Position numbers and translations under genes: made by a program | In this document: piece by piece, positions 29,834 through 32,000 of the stretch | How positions within the stretch are numbered: position 1 is the first letter of the stretch | Layout: each line of letters starts with the position of its first letter | Notes under the pieces: generated by a model | Told to the model about the DNA's origin: nothing | Databases searched by the model: none | What the model saw: only the letters and a program-made list of their open reading frames with translations | From: Acaryochloris marina MBIC11017 | GTDB taxonomy: Bacteria; Cyanobacteriota; Cyanobacteriia; Thermosynechococcales; Thermosynechococcaceae | Reading direction: 5' to 3' | NCBI RefSeq assembly: GCF_000018105.1 | Contig: NC_009925.1 | Span: 1,140,001-1,172,000 of the forward strand | Length of the DNA: 32,000 nt

Positions 29834-30715
29834 TCACTGAAGGAATGGATTGATCGAAATCGGTGTTTTTTGCAGCTTTGCCCCGGCTGGAGGGACAAAG
29901 CGAAAGGCATCGGCAGGAACCGCAAGGGGATTGGTGTATTGAATCACCTTCTCCTGAATATTGAAGTTCAAGGTTTGGTGATTCTGACTGGCCATTTGCA
30001 AGTACTTAATTTCAGAGGTCAACGCATCAATAAAGGCCTGCAGCTGATACCCTTTCGTTTGATCCAAATAGGAGTAGGTAGTGTATTGAGCCCCCTCTAA
30101 CCGTTGGGTATCAGACTTGAGTCCAGCCTTATCCGGTGCAAACTTAGTTTCCAAAATCTCCACTAGCTTGTCTTCTGGCACAGTCACCAACAAGGCAATA
30201 TTGTCTTTCCCGGCACTATTGCGGATCGTTGAAAACAGTCTTGATAACATGCCAGAGAGGAAATTATCATTGGCGTCTTGGAATTGTTGATAGTCACGAA
30301 CCGAGTAAACATTTTTACTGAGATCGTGAGTCCATACTTGTTGGCCGTCTGAGACTAAAAGATATTCTCTCCCCACTTCCCCCGTCTGATCCCTAAAGCT
30401 AATCTTGGTTCTGAACCGATTGGGCTCTTCTGAAATGGTTTGGATTTGAGCCACTGAAACCAGATCTGCCCCAGGTGTTTTAGCCTTCAGGGTTAATTCT
30501 GACTGGAGCAAATAACGATCGTTGGCCAAAAACTGTCGCATGGCCCGAACAAGCAGACCATAGTCAACGGTCTTCCCCGCCGGATGGACAAAGGGTTGGG
30601 CAACGGGAGTCAAGGTCTGAGACTGAGACCAGGCGGGTTGAACCCACAATCCCACCACAAAAGCCGACAACAAACAGACCTGGCGCTGATAGCCAAAAAG
30701 TTTCGTCATATCCAT
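29834..30715 (-). CDS. Secreted/periplasmic protein, LolA-like (DUF2092-like) fold suspected
   Basis: Starting at ATG 30715 (MDMTKLFGYQRQVCLLSAFVVGLWVQPAWSQ) gives a signal-peptide-like N-terminus, whereas the ORF-track start at 30787 adds a charged extension. The internal YLLVSDGQQVWTHDLSKNVYSV resembles the 'DG..w.yd...n.Y' strand of LolA/DUF2092 proteins. The family assignment is tentative. Confidence 0.55.
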   Translation of the reverse strand: MDMTKLFGYQRQVCLLSAFVVGLWVQPAWSQSQTLTPVAQPFVHPAGKTVDYGLLVRAMRQFLANDRYLLQSELTLKAKTPGADLVSVAQIQTISEEPNRFRTKISFRDQTGEVGREYLLVSDGQQVWTHDLSKNVYSVRDYQQFQDANDNFLSGMLSRLFSTIRNSAGKDNIALLVTVPEDKLVEILETKFAPDKAGLKSDTQRLEGAQYTTYSYLDQTKGYQLQAFIDALTSEIKYLQMASQNHQTLNFNIQEKVIQYTNPLAVPADAFRFVPPAGAKLQKTPISINPFLQ

Positions 30716-30801
30716 CAACCACCTACGCCAGCTATCACCTACCGTTCTAGCCTGGATTTTTTGCCGTAGCCAGTCGGGCTTTGGCATAGGATGCCCTATT
30801 G

Positions 30802-31272
30802 CTACCCTGCCTTTTTCAGGGGTTGACGATTCTTTTGGGTACGAATTTGCTGTCGCATATCGGAGTAGGCATAGGCTCTGCCATCCCCCTGTTTCTGCAT
30901 ATGCTTAATTACAAATTCTTGATTGTCGAGGTAGGCCCCGACACCAAATTGCTCAGCCGCATTTTTGAAGGCATCGGCAATGGCTCGTTCGATGGGAGTG
31001 CCATAGGTTTGCTTTTCTGGATAAGCCTTGTCGTTCCCCACACCTTCGCGGGTTAACCCGTCAAGAGTGAGTTGGCAGCGCACCACCACATACTCCCCTA
31101 CAATCACCGGATCGCTGTAGGAAACGGACCAGTCTGGACAAACCTCATTGAGTCGTTTGCGAATTCGCTGCCACGGGATAAAGAACCACTTACCGCCTCC
31201 TGGCAGAGTTCGATCTTGATGATCTGCGGCGGGGAAGGGGGCTTTGAGTTGGTCTAGAAGTTCAGTCTTCAT
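30802..31272 (-). CDS. Rad52/22-family single-strand annealing protein (DUF1071-like)
   Basis: LPGGGKWFFIPWQRIRKRLNEVCPDWS / YVVVRCQLTLDGLTREGVGND / ERAIADAFKNAAEQFGVGAYL align by eye with human RAD52 [28 protein letters not shown] / FVRVQLKDGSYHEDVGYG / EAVTDGLKRALRSFGNALG. I place the start at ATG 31272 (MKTELL...). The upstream 27 codons in the ORF track are AT-rich and hydrophobic, and probably not coding. Confidence 0.7.
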   Translation of the reverse strand: MKTELLDQLKAPFPAADHQDRTLPGGGKWFFIPWQRIRKRLNEVCPDWSVSYSDPVIVGEYVVVRCQLTLDGLTREGVGNDKAYPEKQTYGTPIERAIADAFKNAAEQFGVGAYLDNQEFVIKHMQKQGDGRAYAYSDMRQQIRTQKNRQPLKKAG

Positions 31273-31429
31273 GACTTCGATAGCTTTATAGTATATTTGT
31301 ACTATAATGCACCAATATAAATACAGTGACAATAAGCAAATTACCGAAACCATTTATCAGTCTTTGGTCGATGATTCCTTAAGGTTTATTGCAGAATCCC
31401 CTGAAACCCTTTTTGTTGTGTGAACCTGA

Positions 31430-32000
<571 letters not shown>

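Noticed and set aside
31273-31353. The N-terminal 27-codon extension of the Rad52-like ORF (MVSVICLLSLYLYWCIIVQIYYKAIEV).
   Set aside because: It is AT-rich promoter-like DNA that translates to an implausible hydrophobic leader for a DNA-annealing protein. The Rad52 homology starts after the ATG at 31272.

Overview
The window looks like a cyanobacterial chromosome. The HIP1 palindrome GCGATCGC occurs at least 15 times, a light-dependent protochlorophyllide reductase gene starts at the right edge, and there are HstK-type hybrid kinases. About 55% of the window (9781..27642) is two tandem paralogous genes of 2828 and 3073 codons. Both encode Ser/Thr kinase - AAA/STAND ATPase - helical repeats - GAF - multiple PAS - histidine kinase - receiver. 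Their N- and C-terminal parts are conserved, but their sensor cassettes differ. The left third holds housekeeping-type genes: a DUF255 thioredoxin-domain protein, YaiI/UPF0178, a SAM methyltransferase, an epoxide-hydrolase-like alpha/beta hydrolase and a YfcG-like GST. It also holds a small operon ending in an HNH nuclease, next to an AT-rich ORF. The right end carries ligA, a signal-peptide LolA-like protein, a Rad52-fold annealing protein and por (partial). The most interesting item is a 52-codon ORF that is absent from the ORF track. It lies directly downstream of an HPr-kinase-like kinase, and its product fits the lasso-peptide leader motif with exact spacing, yet no lasso maturation genes are in the window. 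The second item is a 180-codon insertion in the second giant kinase. It is flanked by direct repeats and encodes a phytochrome/cyanobacteriochrome-like GAF with a Cys-His motif. I found no rRNA, tRNA, CRISPR array or transposase. All family calls come from motif recognition by eye; no database search was possible.
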